From the NCBI RefSeq assembly GCF_009914755.1, contig NC_060932.1: 64,000 nucleotides of DNA; one strand, written 5' to 3'. Numbering within the stretch: the first letter of the stretch is position 1; each line of letters begins with the position of its first letter. Positions 1 to 18,794 of the stretch are shown in pieces. The notes below the pieces were generated by a model. That model did not search any database. It was not told the origin of the DNA and saw only the letters and a program-made list of their open reading frames with translations. A program made the position numbers and the translations under genes. Source of the stretch: the human T2T-CHM13v2.0 reference genome, Homo sapiens.

Positions 1-2491
1 CAACAGATTAAACGAAGAAGAAGAAGAAGAAAGAATTACAGAGCTGGAAGACTGGTCCTTCAAATCAACCTGGTCAGACAATTTTTTTTAAGAATTTTAA
101 AAAAATGAACAAAGCCCTTGAGAAATATGGGATTATGTAAAGCTATCAAATGTACAATTTATTGGCATTCCTGAAAGAGAAGAAGAGAAAGTAAGCAATG
201 TGGAAAACATATTTGAGGATATAATTCATGGAGGTTTCCCCAATTTTGCCAGAGAGCTTGACATGCAGATATAAGAAATCCAGCAAGATACTATACAAGA
301 TGCAAAATACTGTCCACAAGGCACATATTCATCAAATTATCCAAGGTCAATGCAAAAGAAAAAATCTTAAAGGTAACTAGAGAAAAGGGTCATATTCCCT
401 ATAAAGGAAAGCCTGGATTTCTCAGCAGAAGTCATACCAGCCAGAACAGAAGAAACATTTTTAGTATTCTTAAAGAGAAGAAATGCCACCTGAGACTTTT
501 ATATTCTGCCAAACTAAGTTTCATAAATGAAGGAGAAACAAAATCTTTTACAGAGAAACAATCACTAAGAAAATTTGTCACCACCAGATAGTCCCTACAA
601 GAGACACTTAAGGGAGTTCTAAATGTGCAAATGAAAGAACAATACTCCTTACCACAAAAGCACACATAAGCACATAGCTTATGGACCTTTTAAAGTAACT
701 ACACAATTGAGACTACAAAGCAACTAGCTAACAATGTTATGACAGAAACAAAGCCTCACATATCAATATTAGCCTTGGTCATAAACAGCCTAAATGCTCC
801 ATTTAAAAGACAGAGTAGCAAGGTGGATTTAAAAAAAAAACAAGACTCATCCTCTGCTGCCTTCAAAAGACCCATCTCACATGTGATGACATCCATAGGC
901 TCAAAGTAAAGGGATGGAGAAAAACCTATCCTGCAAAAAAACAAAAAAGAGCTAAGGTCACTATTCTTGTGTTAAATAAAACAGACTTTAAACCCACAAC
1001 AGTGAAAAAGGAAAAACAAGGGTATTACATAATGACAAGGGGTTCAATTCAACAAGAAGACTTCACTATCCTAAATATATATGCACCCAACATTGGAGAG
1101 CCCAGATTCATAATACAATTACTTCTGGGACTAGGAAAAGATTTAGACAGCCACAAAATAATAGTAGAGGACTTCAACATTCCATTAACAGCACTAGACA
1201 GATCATCAAGGCAGAAAACTAACAAAGAAATTCTGGACTTCAATTCAACACTTGACAAATTGAACCTAAAACACATCTACAGAATACTCCACCCAACAAC
1301 CATAGAATATATATTCTTCTCATATGCATATGGAATATGCCCTAAGATTGACCACATGCTCAGTTATAAAGCAAGTTTCAATAAATTTAAAAAAAATAAA
1401 AATCATGCCAAGCATCTGCTCAAATCACAGTGGAATAAAAATAGAAATCAATACCTAAAATAACCCTCAAAACCACACAATTACATGAAAACTAAATAAT
1501 TTGATCCTGAATGACTTTTGTGTAAACAACAATATTAAGAAAGAAATCAAAACATTCTTTGAAACAAATGAAAATAGAGATGAAACATAATAAAACCTCT
1601 GTGAAAAAGTGTTAAGACAAAAGTTCATAGGGCTAAATGGCTACATCAAAAAGAGAGAAATTATCAAAATAATATCCCACCTAAAGGAACTAGAACAAGA
1701 TCAAATTAATTCCAAAGTTAGCCGAAGAAAGAAAATAATTAAAATCAGAGCACAACTAAATTAAATTAATACCCACACAACCATACAAAGATTCAATGAA
1801 ATAAAATGTTTGTTCTTTGAAAGGATAAACAAGATTGACAGACTGCTAGAAAGAGTAACGAATAAAAGGGACAAGGTACAAATTAGCTCAATCAGAAATG
1901 ACAAAGGTGATATTATAACCGATTCCACAGAAATATAAAAGATCCTCAAAGATTACCTTGAACGTCTTCATATATACAAACTAGTAAATCTGGAGGAAAT
2001 GGATAAATTCCTGGAAAAATATAACCTCCCAAAATTGAATCAGGAAGAAATTGAAATGCTGAACAGATCAATAATGAGTTACTAAATTGAGTAATAATAA
2101 TAAAAAACTAGCAACAAAAAATGCCCTGGACCATATGGATTCATAGCAAAATCCTACCAGCCATACGAAGAAGAGCTGGCATCAGTCTGACTGAAACCAT
2201 TCCAAAACATCGAGGAGGAAGTATTATTCCCTAACTCATTCTGAGACCAGCATCATCCTGATTCCAAAACCTGGCAAAGACACAATAAATACGGAAACTT
2301 CAGGCCAATATTCCTGATGAACATAGATGCAAAAATCTTCAACAAAATATTACCAAAACAAATCTAGTAGCTATCAAAAAATAAATTCATCACAATCAAG
2401 GAGGCTTTATTCCTGGGATGCAAGGTGGTTCAACATACCCAAATCAATAAATGTGATTCACCACATAAACAGATTTAAAAAACAAATACCA
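1..2491 (+). mobile_element. Old primate LINE-1 (L1PA16/L1PB-like), 5' part: decayed ORF1 and ORF2 endonuclease/RT region, interrupted by the young L1
   Basis: ORF1-like remnants 1-~700; ORF2-like start ATGACAGAAACAAAGCCTCACATATC at 739; ORF 969-1463 translates as L1 endonuclease ([25 protein letters not shown]); many stops and frameshifts. Confidence 0.92.
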
Positions 2492-2497
2492 AGGCTC

Positions 2498-3397
2498 GAG
2501 CCAAGATGGCCGAATAGGAACAGCTCTGGTCTACAGCTCCCAGCGTGAGCGACGCAGAAGACCGGTGATTTCTGCATTTCCATCTGAGGTACCAGGTTCA
2601 TCTCACTAGGGAGTGCCAGACAGTGGCCTCAGGTCAGTGAGTGCGCGCACTGTGCGCGAGCCGAAGCAGGGCGAGGCATTGCCTCACTTGGGAAGCACAA
2701 GGGGTCAGGGAGTTCCCTTTCCCAGTCAAAGAAAGGGGTGACGGACAGCACCTGGAAAATCGGGTCACTTCCACCCGAATACTGCGCTTTTCCGACGGGC
2801 TTAGGAAACGGTGCACCATGAGATTATATCCCCCACCTGGCTCGGAGGGTCCTACGCCCACGGAGTCTCGCTGATTGCTAGCACAGCAGTCTGAGATCAA
2901 ACTGCAAGGCGGCAGCGAGGCTGAGGGAGGGGCGCCCGCCATTGCCCAGGCTTGATTAGGTAAACAAAGCAGCCGGGAAGCTCGAACTGGGTGGAGCCCA
3001 CCACAGCTCAAGGAGGCCTGCCTGCCTCTGTAGGCTCCACCTCTGGGGGCAGGGCACAGACAAACAAAAAGACAGCAGTAACCTCTGCAGGCTTAAATGT
3101 CCCTGTCTGACAGCTTTGAAGAGAGCAGTGGTTCTCCCAGCACGCAGCTGGAGATCTGAGAACGGGCAGACTGCCTCCTCAAGTGGGTCCCTGACCCCTG
3201 ACCCCCGAGCAGCCTAACTGGGAGGCACCCCCCAGCAGGGGCACACTGACACCTCACACGGCAGGATATTCCAACAGACCTGCAGCTGAGGGTCCTGTCT
3301 GTTAGAAGGAAAACTAACAAACAGAAAGGACATCCACACCAAAAACCCATCTGTACATCACCATCATCAAAGACCAAAAGTAGATAAAATCACAAAG
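2498..3397 (+). promoter_or_regulatory. L1 5'UTR internal sense promoter (YY1 site) and antisense promoter
   Basis: CAAGATGGCCG YY1 motif at ~2502-2512; CpG-rich L1 5'UTR sequence; promoter function from established L1 biology. Confidence 0.85.
2634..2942 (-). CDS. L1 ORF0-like antisense ORF (102 aa, C-terminally extended)
   Basis: Translation MAGAPPSASLPPCSLISDCCASNQRDSVGVGPSEPG matches the primate L1 ORF0 N-terminus; ATG at 2942. Confidence 0.7.
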   Translation of the reverse strand: MAGAPPSASLPPCSLISDCCASNQRDSVGVGPSEPGGGYNLMVHRFLSPSEKRSIRVEVTRFSRCCPSPLSLTGKGNSLTPCASQVRQCLALLRLAHSARTH

Positions 3398-4411
3398 ATG
3401 GGGAAAAAACAGAACAGGAAAACTGGAAACTCTAAAAAGCAGAGCGCCTCTCCTCCTCCAAAGGAATGCAGTTCCTCACCAGCAACGGAACAAAGCTGGA
3501 TGGAGAATGACTTTGACGAGCTGAAAGAAGGCTTCAGATGATCAAATTACTCTGAGCTACTGGAGGACATTCAAACCAAAGGCAAAGAAGTTGAAAACTT
3601 TGAAAAAAATTTAGAAGAATGTATAACTAGAATAACCAATACAGAGAAGTGCTTAAAGGAGCTGATGGAGCTGAAAACCAAGGCTCGAGAACTATGTGAA
3701 GAATGCAGAAGCCTCAGGAGCCGATGCGATCAACTGGAAGAAAGGGTATCAGCAATGGAAGAGGAAATGAGTGAAATGAAGCGAGAAGGGAAGTTTAGAG
3801 AAAAAAGAATAAAAAGAACTGAGCAAAGCCTCCAAGAAATATGGGACTATGTGAAAAGACCAAATCTACGTCTGATTGGTGTACCTGAAAGTGATGGGGA
3901 GAATGGAACCAAGTTGGAAAACACTCTGCAGGATATTATACAGGAGAACTTCCCCAATCTAGCAAGGCAGGCCAACGTTCAGATTCAGGAAATACAGAGA
4001 ACGCCACAAAGATACTCCTCAAGAAGAGCAACTCCAAGACACATAATTGTCAGATTCACCAAAGTTGAAATGAAGGAAAAAATGTTAAGGGCAGCCAGAG
4101 AGAAAGGTCGGGTTACCCTCAAAGGGAAGACCATCAGACTAACAGCAGATCTCTCGGCAGAAACCCTACAAGCCAGAAGAGAGTGGGGGCCAATATTCAA
4201 CATTCTTAAAGAAAAGAATTTTCAACCCAGAATTTCATATCCAGCCAAACTAAGCTTCATAAGTGAAGGAGAAATAAAATCCTTTACAGACAAGCAAATG
4301 CTGAGAGATTTTGTCACCACCAGGCCTGCCTTACAAAAGCTCCTGAAGGAAGCACTAAACATGGAAAGGAACAACCGGTACCAGCCACTGCAAAATCATG
4401 CCAAAATGTAA
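3398..4411 (+). pseudogene. L1 ORF1p, disrupted by a premature stop
   Basis: Starts ATGGGGAAAAAACAGAAC at 3398. In-frame TGA at 3539-3541 (codon 48, CGA>TGA) plus an apparent 3-nt deletion just upstream. Downstream 248 aa (3665-4411) are open with REKG, ARR and YPAKLS motifs. Confidence 0.92.
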
Positions 4412-4459
4412 AGACCATCGAGACTAGGAAGAAACTGCATCAACTAACGAGCAAAATAA

Positions 4460-8302
<3,843 letters not shown>

Positions 8303-8525
8303 ACAATGAGATCACATGGACACAGGAAGGGGAATATCACACTCTGGGGACTGTTGTGGGGTGGGGGGAGGGGGGAGGGATAGCATCGGGAGATATACCT
8401 AATGCTAGATGACAAGTTAGTAGGTGCAGCGCACCAGCATGGCACATGTATACATATGTAACTAACCTGCACAATGTGCACATGTACCCTAAAACTTAAA
8501 GTATAATAATAAAAAAAAAATACCA

Positions 8526-11040
<2,515 letters not shown>

Positions 11041-11049
11041 AAAGAATTT

Positions 11050-12130
11050 TTTAAATGAGCAACCTGGTTAAAAATGAACAAAATACTTAAAGGACTGAAC
11101 TACTTTACAATCCCACCAGCAGTATATGAACATTCCTTTTTTTCCACAACTTCACCAACATCTGTTATTTTGTTTATTTTTAACCCATAAATACACCTCA
11201 TCAAAGAAGATATAGAGATGACAGCTAACAATATGAAATATGTTCAACATCGTGTGCTATTAGGGACTTGCAAAATTAAAACAAAAATGAGATACCACTA
11301 CACACCTATCAAAATGGCCAAAACCCAAAACACTGCCAACATCAAATGCTGACAAGGATATGGAACAACAAGAATTATCATTCATTGCTGGTGGGATTGC
11401 AAAATGATACAGCAACTTTGGAAGACAGTTTGACAGTTTCTTACAAAATTAAATATACTCTTACATACAATCCAGCAATCATGCTCCTTTGTATTTATTC
11501 AAATAAATTGAAAACTTATATCCACACAGAAACTCACACATGAATGTTTACAACAACTTTACTCATAATTGCCAAAACTTGGAGGTGACCAAGATGTAGT
11601 GCTTACAAGAAATGAGCTATCAGTCATGAAAACATGTGGAAGAAACTTAAATGAATATAACTGAATGAAATAAATCAATAGAAAAAAGCAATATACTTTA
11701 TGATTCTTACTATGTGACATTCTGGAAAAGATGAAATGACAGAGACAATAAAAAGATCAGTGGTTGTCAGAGGTTACTATGGAGGGAAGAATGAACAGGC
11801 AGAACACAGAGGATTTTTAGGGCTGTGAAATTGCTCTGTATGATACTGAAATGGTGGATACATGTCTTTATACTTTAAAAAACCCATAGAATGTACAGCA
11901 CCAACAGTAAAACCTAAATATAAACTACAGACTTTGGGTGATAATTAAATGTTAATGTAGATCCATAAATTGTAATAAATGTACCACTCTGGTGTGGGAT
12001 GTTGATAGTAGGAGAGGTTGTGCATATGTAGGGGCAGAGAATATATGCAAATGCTCTGTATTTTCCACTCAATTTGACTTTGAACCTATAACTACTCTGG
12101 AAAATAAAAATGTCTTAATTTAAAAAATAA
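11050..12130 (+). mobile_element. L1MC-like 3' fragment
   Basis: ORF2 C-terminal remnant (CTCATCAAAGAAGATATA..GAGATACCACTACACACCTAT) and L1MC-type 3'UTR (AAACTACAGACTTTGGGTGATAAT..TGTACCACTCTGGTG). Confidence 0.8.
11091..11183 (-). mobile_element. Short antisense L1P ORF2-end fragment
   Basis: Reverse complement resembles 10370-10450 (AACAGATGTTGGTGAAG..GGAATGTTCATATACTGCTGGTGGGATTGTAAAGTAGTTCAG). Confidence 0.75.
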
Positions 12131-12666
12131 ATTAAGTCCTGGCATGCTCCCAGGTCCTGCTAGGAACTAAGAGCTTGACTACAAAATATCAGTAACTATG
12201 CAAACAGCTTCCCATCATGAACTGTGATTGTCAGATCCTCAAAGTCTTACAGTTTGTGGGTTCTAGAGCAATCTCTTATACAATGGAAATGATACACAGG
12301 GGATCAAGCCCAGCCTGCTACAGCAGGCATTAGTGAAATACATTAAAATGTGGCTAGGATCCTCATTTTATCCATCACTATTGTATTGTCACTTCCTACC
12401 TATGGCCTTGTGAGAATTTCCCTAATGAGGTAGGAAAATGCTTATGCCTGACTTAGGGAGGGACTGGCTCGATATGTTGGTGCAAGCCAAAAATGAGCCA
12501 CTCCTAAATTACAATCCTACTCAGAGATGTTCCTAAACGTTAGGGGTGAGGGGAAATTCTCTCTGTGGGTAGAGCTGTGAGTATTCCAGATTCTCGACTT
12601 ATATGAAGGAATAAATAGCCTGACATAAGAATATAAACAATGGCTTGGCTGGTTGGTCAAGGGCCT

Positions 12667-13013
12667 TGCTATGATCTGAATGTTTGTGTCGTCATAAAAT
12701 CCACATGTTCAAACCCAATCCCCAATGTCATGGCATTTGGAAATGGGGCCTTTGGCTGGGATGATTAGATTGTGAAAATAGAGGTCTCAGGAATGGGATT
12801 AGTGCCTTTATAACAGAGGCCCCTTCCCACATGTGAGCACACAGTAGGAAGGTGCCAATTATGTAGCAGAAAACAACCTCACCAGACTCTGAATCTGCCC
12901 GTGCCTTGATCTTGGACTTCCCGGCCTTCAGAACTGTGAGAAATACATTTATGTTGCTTATAAGCCACCTAGTTTATGGTATTTTATTATGGCAGCCTGA
13001 ATAAACTAAGATA
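12667..13013 (+). mobile_element. MaLR solo LTR (MLT1A-like)
   Basis: TGCTATGATCTGAATGTTTGTGTC start; CCTTGATCTTGGACTTCCC..AGAACTGTGAGAAATA..TATGGTATTTT..AACTAAGATA end. Confidence 0.85.
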
Positions 13014-13865
13014 GGTTTAGAATATTAGAAAAATGGAGGCAAGGGGTTTGAGGTTAGTAACATATGGATGGACCTGTGAAATGGAACAAATTGGGAAGAT
13101 ATCTGTACACATGTCATTGCCCACCAGAGATTATACTTCATAGAGAATGCACTTATGACTTCAATGGACTTGATGATTCTCCCAGTGGATGTCAGCTAGA
13201 CTCTATCTTTAGCCATCCCAGTATACAAGAGGACCATGAAAAGAGAAGCTATGGTGGTAGAACTAAAACCTATTTATGGATAGGAGCTCCCTCTTACCAA
13301 TGCTACTGCTGAAGCTTGACTTATCAATGGCAGAAAACAAATCTCAGCCCTTGGTATGATACCATACCTCAAGGAACCAGGCTGCCACTTGATGATACAT
13401 TAATTGCAATGGATCTCTATTATTCTGGAGAGGTCAGCAGTTGGTCCTGAGTGGAACTGACACTTAGACCAGAGAGGGACAAGCTTTCTGTCCATTGTGC
13501 CTCTATCTGCACTACAATGAGGGCTCTATGAGACCTAGTTTACTGATGTGGGGTCTCTTACAACATAGCTTCATAGCTTTAGGCCAAGGGACCCATTTTA
13601 TGAGAAAAGCAGTGCCCTAAATGGCACATGACCCTAGTATCCATTCTTTCTCGCATACACCAGCCTGACAGATACTGGAATAACTGATGAAAGGCTCAGC
13701 TAATGCACAACTTAGGTATCACACCTTGAAGGGTTGGAGTAAAGTTTCCCAGGATGCAGCATATACATGAAGCAAAGAATGATTGTGTGGAAGTAGGATT
13801 GGTGCCTCTTGCCATCATCCTAGTGTCCCACTTGAAAAGTTGTATATCTCATTCCCACTGGAGGT

Positions 13866-14332
13866 TGTATAAATTAGAGTATTCTTCAGTAAATATTAAC
13901 TTCCCCCAACATACACACACGAAGTCCATGGGAAGAATATACTTCTCTGCTCTACTGATGTTGAATTTGACAATGTGGTATGCTTGGGCCTCTTGGAGTA
14001 TAAATTTCTATACTTTGACTTTGGGCTCAGAAAAATGCCTTGCTTTAGTCAGTGATATGGCAGTAGAGATGATGCAAGCAAAGGCTTGATATGTGCTAGT
14101 GCAGCTGGCCTTGCTCTCCTATGTTTCTGCCATTGCCATGAGAAGAACATGCAAAGGTAACCTGCCTTTCTAAGAAGAGTAAGGGAAACATGGAGCAGAA
14201 TCATCCCAGCCAACCCGAGGCCCACAACTTAAAACAGAGGTTTCCCAATAGATCTGTGAGCACTATAATAAATGTTTACTGTTGGAGGTTACTGAGCTTT
14301 GAGATGGCATATGATACAATAAATGAATAACA
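13866..14332 (+). mobile_element. Old MaLR LTR (MLT1I/H-like)
   Basis: GGAAGAATATACTTCTCTGC..GCCATTGCCATGAGAAGAACATGC..AATAAATGTTTACTGTTG..TAACACA. Confidence 0.65.
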
Positions 14333-14920
14333 CAGAGGCCCTAGTTTCAGTGGAGGTGGGAGACATTTCCATCAGGAAACACAGCAACGGTTCCACTGAA
14401 CCTAAATCTATGATTACTGCCATTCACTTTGAGATCCTCTTGCTGGCAGACCAGAAAGCATTTATGCTGGAAGAGCAATCAGCCTTACTAATCATGATGA
14501 CCTAAGACTGTTGCTATGTAATGGGACCAGGGAGAACAACGAAACATAGCAGATTCACCAATGCCACAATTGCAGCCTGATAAAGGCAAGATTACCAAAG
14601 GCTTAGAGTCCTTAGGGATAAAAGCCTGTGTTCTTCCGGACAAGCAAACCAGACTAGAATGATCTAAATGGTCAGAGGTGAAGAAATTACATAATAGAAT
14701 AAATAGTGGAAAAGGAAGATAATGTAATAATACCTGTGGCCTGACCGAACAAACCACAGAAGTGCGGACTATTTTTTTTCCACTAACTCTTCTGGCCTAG
14801 GTCTTTTTGTTTTTTTTTCTTAAGAGAAATTGTAACCACCTTGAAGAGTCAGTGACAGATTGGAATCAATGTAGAACATGAAAGGATAAAAGAAACTGAC
14901 TGATGTGAGGTGTGGATCGA

Positions 14921-14988
14921 GAGGAAGGAAGGAAGGAAGGGAGGGAGGGAGGGAGGGAGGGAGGGAAGGAGGGAGGAGGAAGGGAGGG
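14921..14988 (+). repeat. (GGAA)n/(GGGA)n purine microsatellite
   Basis: Direct reading. Confidence 0.95.
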
Positions 14989-15446
14989 AATTAAGTTGTG
15001 TCCCTCAAAAATGTGTGTCCAAGTCTTAACTTCCAGTACCTGTGAATGTGGCCTTAATTGGAAATAGGGTCTTGGAAGATGTAATTAAGATAAGGAGTTT
15101 AGGATGGAATTATTCTGGATTTAGAGTGGGCCCAAATCCGATGACTGGTGTCCTTATAAGAGAAGAAAGCAGGATATTTGAGACACATAGGCACCAAGGA
15201 AAGGAGGCCATGGGAAGACACAGGAAGAGATTGGAATTATGCTGCCATGGACCAAGAAACACCTGGACTCAGAAGCTGGGAGAGGCAAGGAAAGATTCTT
15301 CCCTAGAGCCTTTGGAGGAAGCATGGTCCTACCAACCCCTTAATTTCAGACTTCCGACCTCCAGAACTATGAAAGGATACATTTATGTTATCTTGAGCTA
15401 CCACATTTGTGGCAATTTGTTGCAACAGCCCTATGAACCTAAACAT
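14989..15446 (+). mobile_element. MaLR LTR (MLT1C-like)
   Basis: GTACCTGTGAATGTGGCCTTAATTGGAAATAGGGTCTT..GACTGGTGTCCTTATAAGA..GAGAGGCAAGGAAAGATTCTTCCCTAGAGCC. Confidence 0.85.
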
Positions 15447-16319
15447 ATGAGGAAAGAAGATAAACAAGCAAGAATTGCAAGTACTTGAAAATGTCCTAAA
15501 CTTTTACATAATTTATAAAATGAGGCACTAGTAAGTGATCATAATGATTCCTTCCAGCCCAAAACATTCATGAGTCTACAAAGGTTTTGCGCTAAATAAT
15601 TACCTAATGTATTTTTGAGGAACTAAGGGAAGATGAGTGAGATGGAACTCTGATGTGCTTCTTAGCTTGGGCCATGCTACATCAAGGCTTCCCTGCAGTA
15701 CAGGCTGATTATATTTACTCAGTACATCTTTTCTTCAGGAATGGAAATAAGAACATTTCCTTTGGATTGTTCTGTGAAATATATGTGTGAAGTATATGTG
15801 AAGTATATGTGTGAGATTGCCCTTCAAAGAATTTCAGTGAAAACTATTTGATTCAAAATAGTTAACACACTTTTTAAACATATAAAATAAAATATATTTT
15901 ATTTTAGTCTGAATGCAGCAGAGATCAAAGAAAATTGAAAATAATGATGACTGTAATTCAGGTATAAAATATAGAGAGAAATGAAATTCATAAGTAAATT
16001 GGCCTCCAGCCTTAATATTAGGTTTCAGTTCTGCAGGTAGAATTACTACGTAAAAAAAAAAATCTTTTTTACTCAGTAACATGTTTGGTTCTTAATTTGT
16101 TAATCAAGAAGGAAAGCTAGAGGTAAAAATTGTTCCACTGGTTCTTCGGCAGAGATGTAGAGTGAATGGGTTTAGAATTTGCATCTCAGAAATTCAAATA
16201 TAGCGAAAAAAACATACAGACATTCTGTTACATTTTGAACATGGAATTCAGCTGTGAGTGATATGAATTCACTTGCTTATATATGATTTTATTAACCACA
16301 TATTTTTGCTATTCATAAT

Positions 16320-17070
16320 CACTCCCTGGTAAGCTTATCCAGTTTCACTGCTTCAAATACCATCTTACCGTCAACAACTCCCAAATTTATGTCTCAAGCT
16401 CAAAGTTCTCCCCTGAACACCAGACTCATACATCCAACTGCCTCTTGACATCTCCACATACATGTTGAATAAACAGCTCAAACCTAACATGTCTCAAGCT
16501 CCTAACCTGCTCCGCAAGCCTCCTGCAACTGCTCATGACTCCATTTTCATGAGTGGCATCTCCATCCTTCTCACCATTTTTCAACTTACATCTCACACCC
16601 AATATTCAAGACATTCAGTTGTCTTTCCCCTAAGAGTGCATCCACATTCTGATCACTTCTCATCACTTCCACCCTAGCCCAGTTTGATCATCTCTCACCT
16701 GGATCTCGCAATCATCTCCTCACTGGTATTTCTGCTTACACCTTGGGCCTTCTACAGTCAAATTCTCAAATAGCTGCAGGAAAGATCCTTTTAAAACTTA
16801 TGTTATGTCATGCCCTTTCTCCACCCAGAAGCCTCAGTTTCTTCCTTCTCACTCAGAGTAAAAGGTCCCCATTACCCACCTCTTTGGCCTTGCCTGCTAT
16901 GACCCGACCCACTCACTTCTCCACGGACCCTGTTCTCTCTGAGGACAGCAGAGAACACTCCTTCCTCTCCAAGCTTTTGCTATTGCTATTTGCTTGCCTG
17001 GAGTGTTCTTTCTCCAAATACCCTCCTGGCTAGCTTCCTTCACCTCCTGCATGTCTTGTTCAAATGTCAG
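16320..17070 (+). mobile_element. LINE-2 (L2a-like) fragment, split by the MER57 LTR
   Basis: AAATACCATCT..CTCCCAAATTTATGTCTC..CCAGACTCATACATCCAACTGCCTCTTGACATCTCCAC; continues after 17471 (TCACCTTTTC). Confidence 0.8.
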
Positions 17071-17471
17071 TGTTAAAAGGAAAATGATAGACAAGTTAGA
17101 TTTAACAGAATTCAATTGGGGGAAAAACAATTTGTGAACCAGGCAGCCCCCAAAACCAGAATAGGTTCAGAACAACTCTGGGGCTACCACGTTGTCTGAT
17201 GACATAGATGGACAGAAAAAGGAAAGTGACTTAAAGAAAAAGGAAATGAGGTACAGAAACATCTGGGTTGGTTACAGCTTAACGTTTGCCTTATTGAACA
17301 TGATTTGAACAGTTGGCCACCTGTGATTGGCCAATATTCTGTGTTGACACAAGAGTAGGTTACAGTCTGTTTACACATCCAGTTAGGATACAGTTCCCTG
17401 TGCATAGAGAAATCTTTAGACTAAATTTAAAATATATAAGAAGACAGCTTTAGGCTCAATGGAATTTAACA
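17071..17471 (-). mobile_element. ERV1-class solo LTR (MER57-like)
   Basis: TG..CA ends; reverse complement reads TGTTAAATTCC..GCCTAAAGCTG..CCTAACTGGATGTGTAAACAGACTGTAACCTACTCTTGTG..GGCCAATCACAGGTGGCCAACTGTTCAAA. Confidence 0.8.
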
Positions 17472-17499
17472 TCACCTTTTCACCGAGGCCTTCCTCTAC

Positions 17500-17700
17500 T
17501 GCTTGTGTTCATATGGATCCTCCAAAAAGCAGATACCAGGATGGCGGTAAGCATGCAAGGATTTTATAAGGAGAAACACCTATAAAGGAACATTAGTAGA
17601 GAACTAGAAGCATTAAGAGAATTATATCAGGCTGACCCTGAGGGAAGGAGAGAGGAAAGGGAGTTGGGTACAAGTGCCCTGGATAGCTGGGCAGTTCCAA
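17500..17700 (-). mobile_element. ERVL LTR fragment (LTR16-like)
   Basis: GGATCCTCCAAAAAGCAGATACCAGGATGG..GGATTTTAT motif, similar to 18803-18860. Confidence 0.45.
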
Positions 17701-17729
17701 CACATGAGCCCTCTGTCTTTGCCCCAGGG

Positions 17730-18135
17730 CACCTGGCTTTTTGTTACCTCTCCACACACAGGCAGACTGTTGTCCTCTACTTGGAAGGGTCTTTCCCCGG
17801 TTTTCACTGGACCAAGTGTCACTTATGATTTTATTCTCAACTTCATGTCATTTCTATAGAGAGGGCTTCTCTAACTCCACTATCTAAAGTAGTTTCCTCC
17901 ATGTGACCCTTTCATTTATCTTTATTCTTTTTCCTTGGACACTCTTGTCACAATAGTTAATATTGTTCATTTCTGGGCTTGCTTATTTAAATTTTGTCTC
18001 TCCCTTTTGGCTGTAAGCTCCATGAATTTATACTAAGGCTCCCTTTCTCACTATTGTGTCCCAAGGGCCTACGTAGCACCTTCCAGCAGAGTTCTCAGCA
18101 ATAGGGGACACTCAATAAATGGATGCTTAATGAAT
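17730..18135 (+). mobile_element. L2 3' fragment
   Basis: GGCTGTAAGCTCCATGA..CACTCAATAAATGGATGCTTAATGAAT L2 3' end. Confidence 0.6.
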
Positions 18136-18794
18136 CTTCAGTGAACAACTGCAGTACATAACATTCTTGGAAAGTATGTCTATTAAAATGTTTTAGAAAA
18201 TTTTTAAAAAATGTTAAATACATAAAAGTCAGAGCTAGCAGAAAGGGGGTCATAAGGTCAAATTCTCAGGACATCTATAAAGATATCCACATCCCATTTT
18301 TCAGAATCCCCTGGTCTTTGCATAGCAGACCTGAATAAGCTGAGCATCCAAACATCTCTGTGACTATAGTAATTAGGTCTTCAGCCTACTTTCAGTTATG
18401 TCTGCCCTGCCAAGTAGGAGATAAAATCTTCCTTGAATGCTAGAAGAAAGCCCTGAGATTGTCACGCTTGCTGATAGCCTCATTTGTTCATTATCCTAAT
18501 GTAAGATGTAAATTCAACTTAGCAATAACCACCAACTCTGATGTCTTTGTGGGCGCTGATCCCTTGATATATTGCAAATGCCTATAAGTATCACACCTGC
18601 TCTGGCATTCCCATTACCAGCAGGTCATGGCTACAGGTCACCACCAGTGAAAACTTTAGCAATGGAGGTGCTACCTGATGTGCCAACTACTGACCAGGAA
18701 AGCATTATCGCTACCTGCTGCTGGGTGATGGGTGAGCCAGGCCCAAATCCCCATCTTACTGCTTTTTTCCTAGGACCGCTGATGGTACCACTCT

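Larger units (their letters stand above)
12135..14880 (+). mobile_element. Decayed ERVL-class internal region (pol/integrase remnants) interrupted by two MaLR LTRs
   Basis: 13340-13470 resembles ERVL integrase coding (PxYGTIP..PATWWQxDYIGPL..W.GQ..VLTGxDTY) with stops; further ERVL-like sequence at 14335-14800. Confidence 0.7.

Noticed and set aside
3665-4411. 248-aa ORF as a standalone gene
   Set aside because: It is the C-terminal part of L1 ORF1 downstream of a premature stop
8380-8440. Assignment of the full-length L1 to L1HS-Ta or pre-Ta
   Set aside because: Diagnostic trinucleotide reads AAG (decayed GAG), not ACA or ACG
15042-15488. 148-aa ORF
   Set aside because: Lies within an MLT1C LTR; chance open frame
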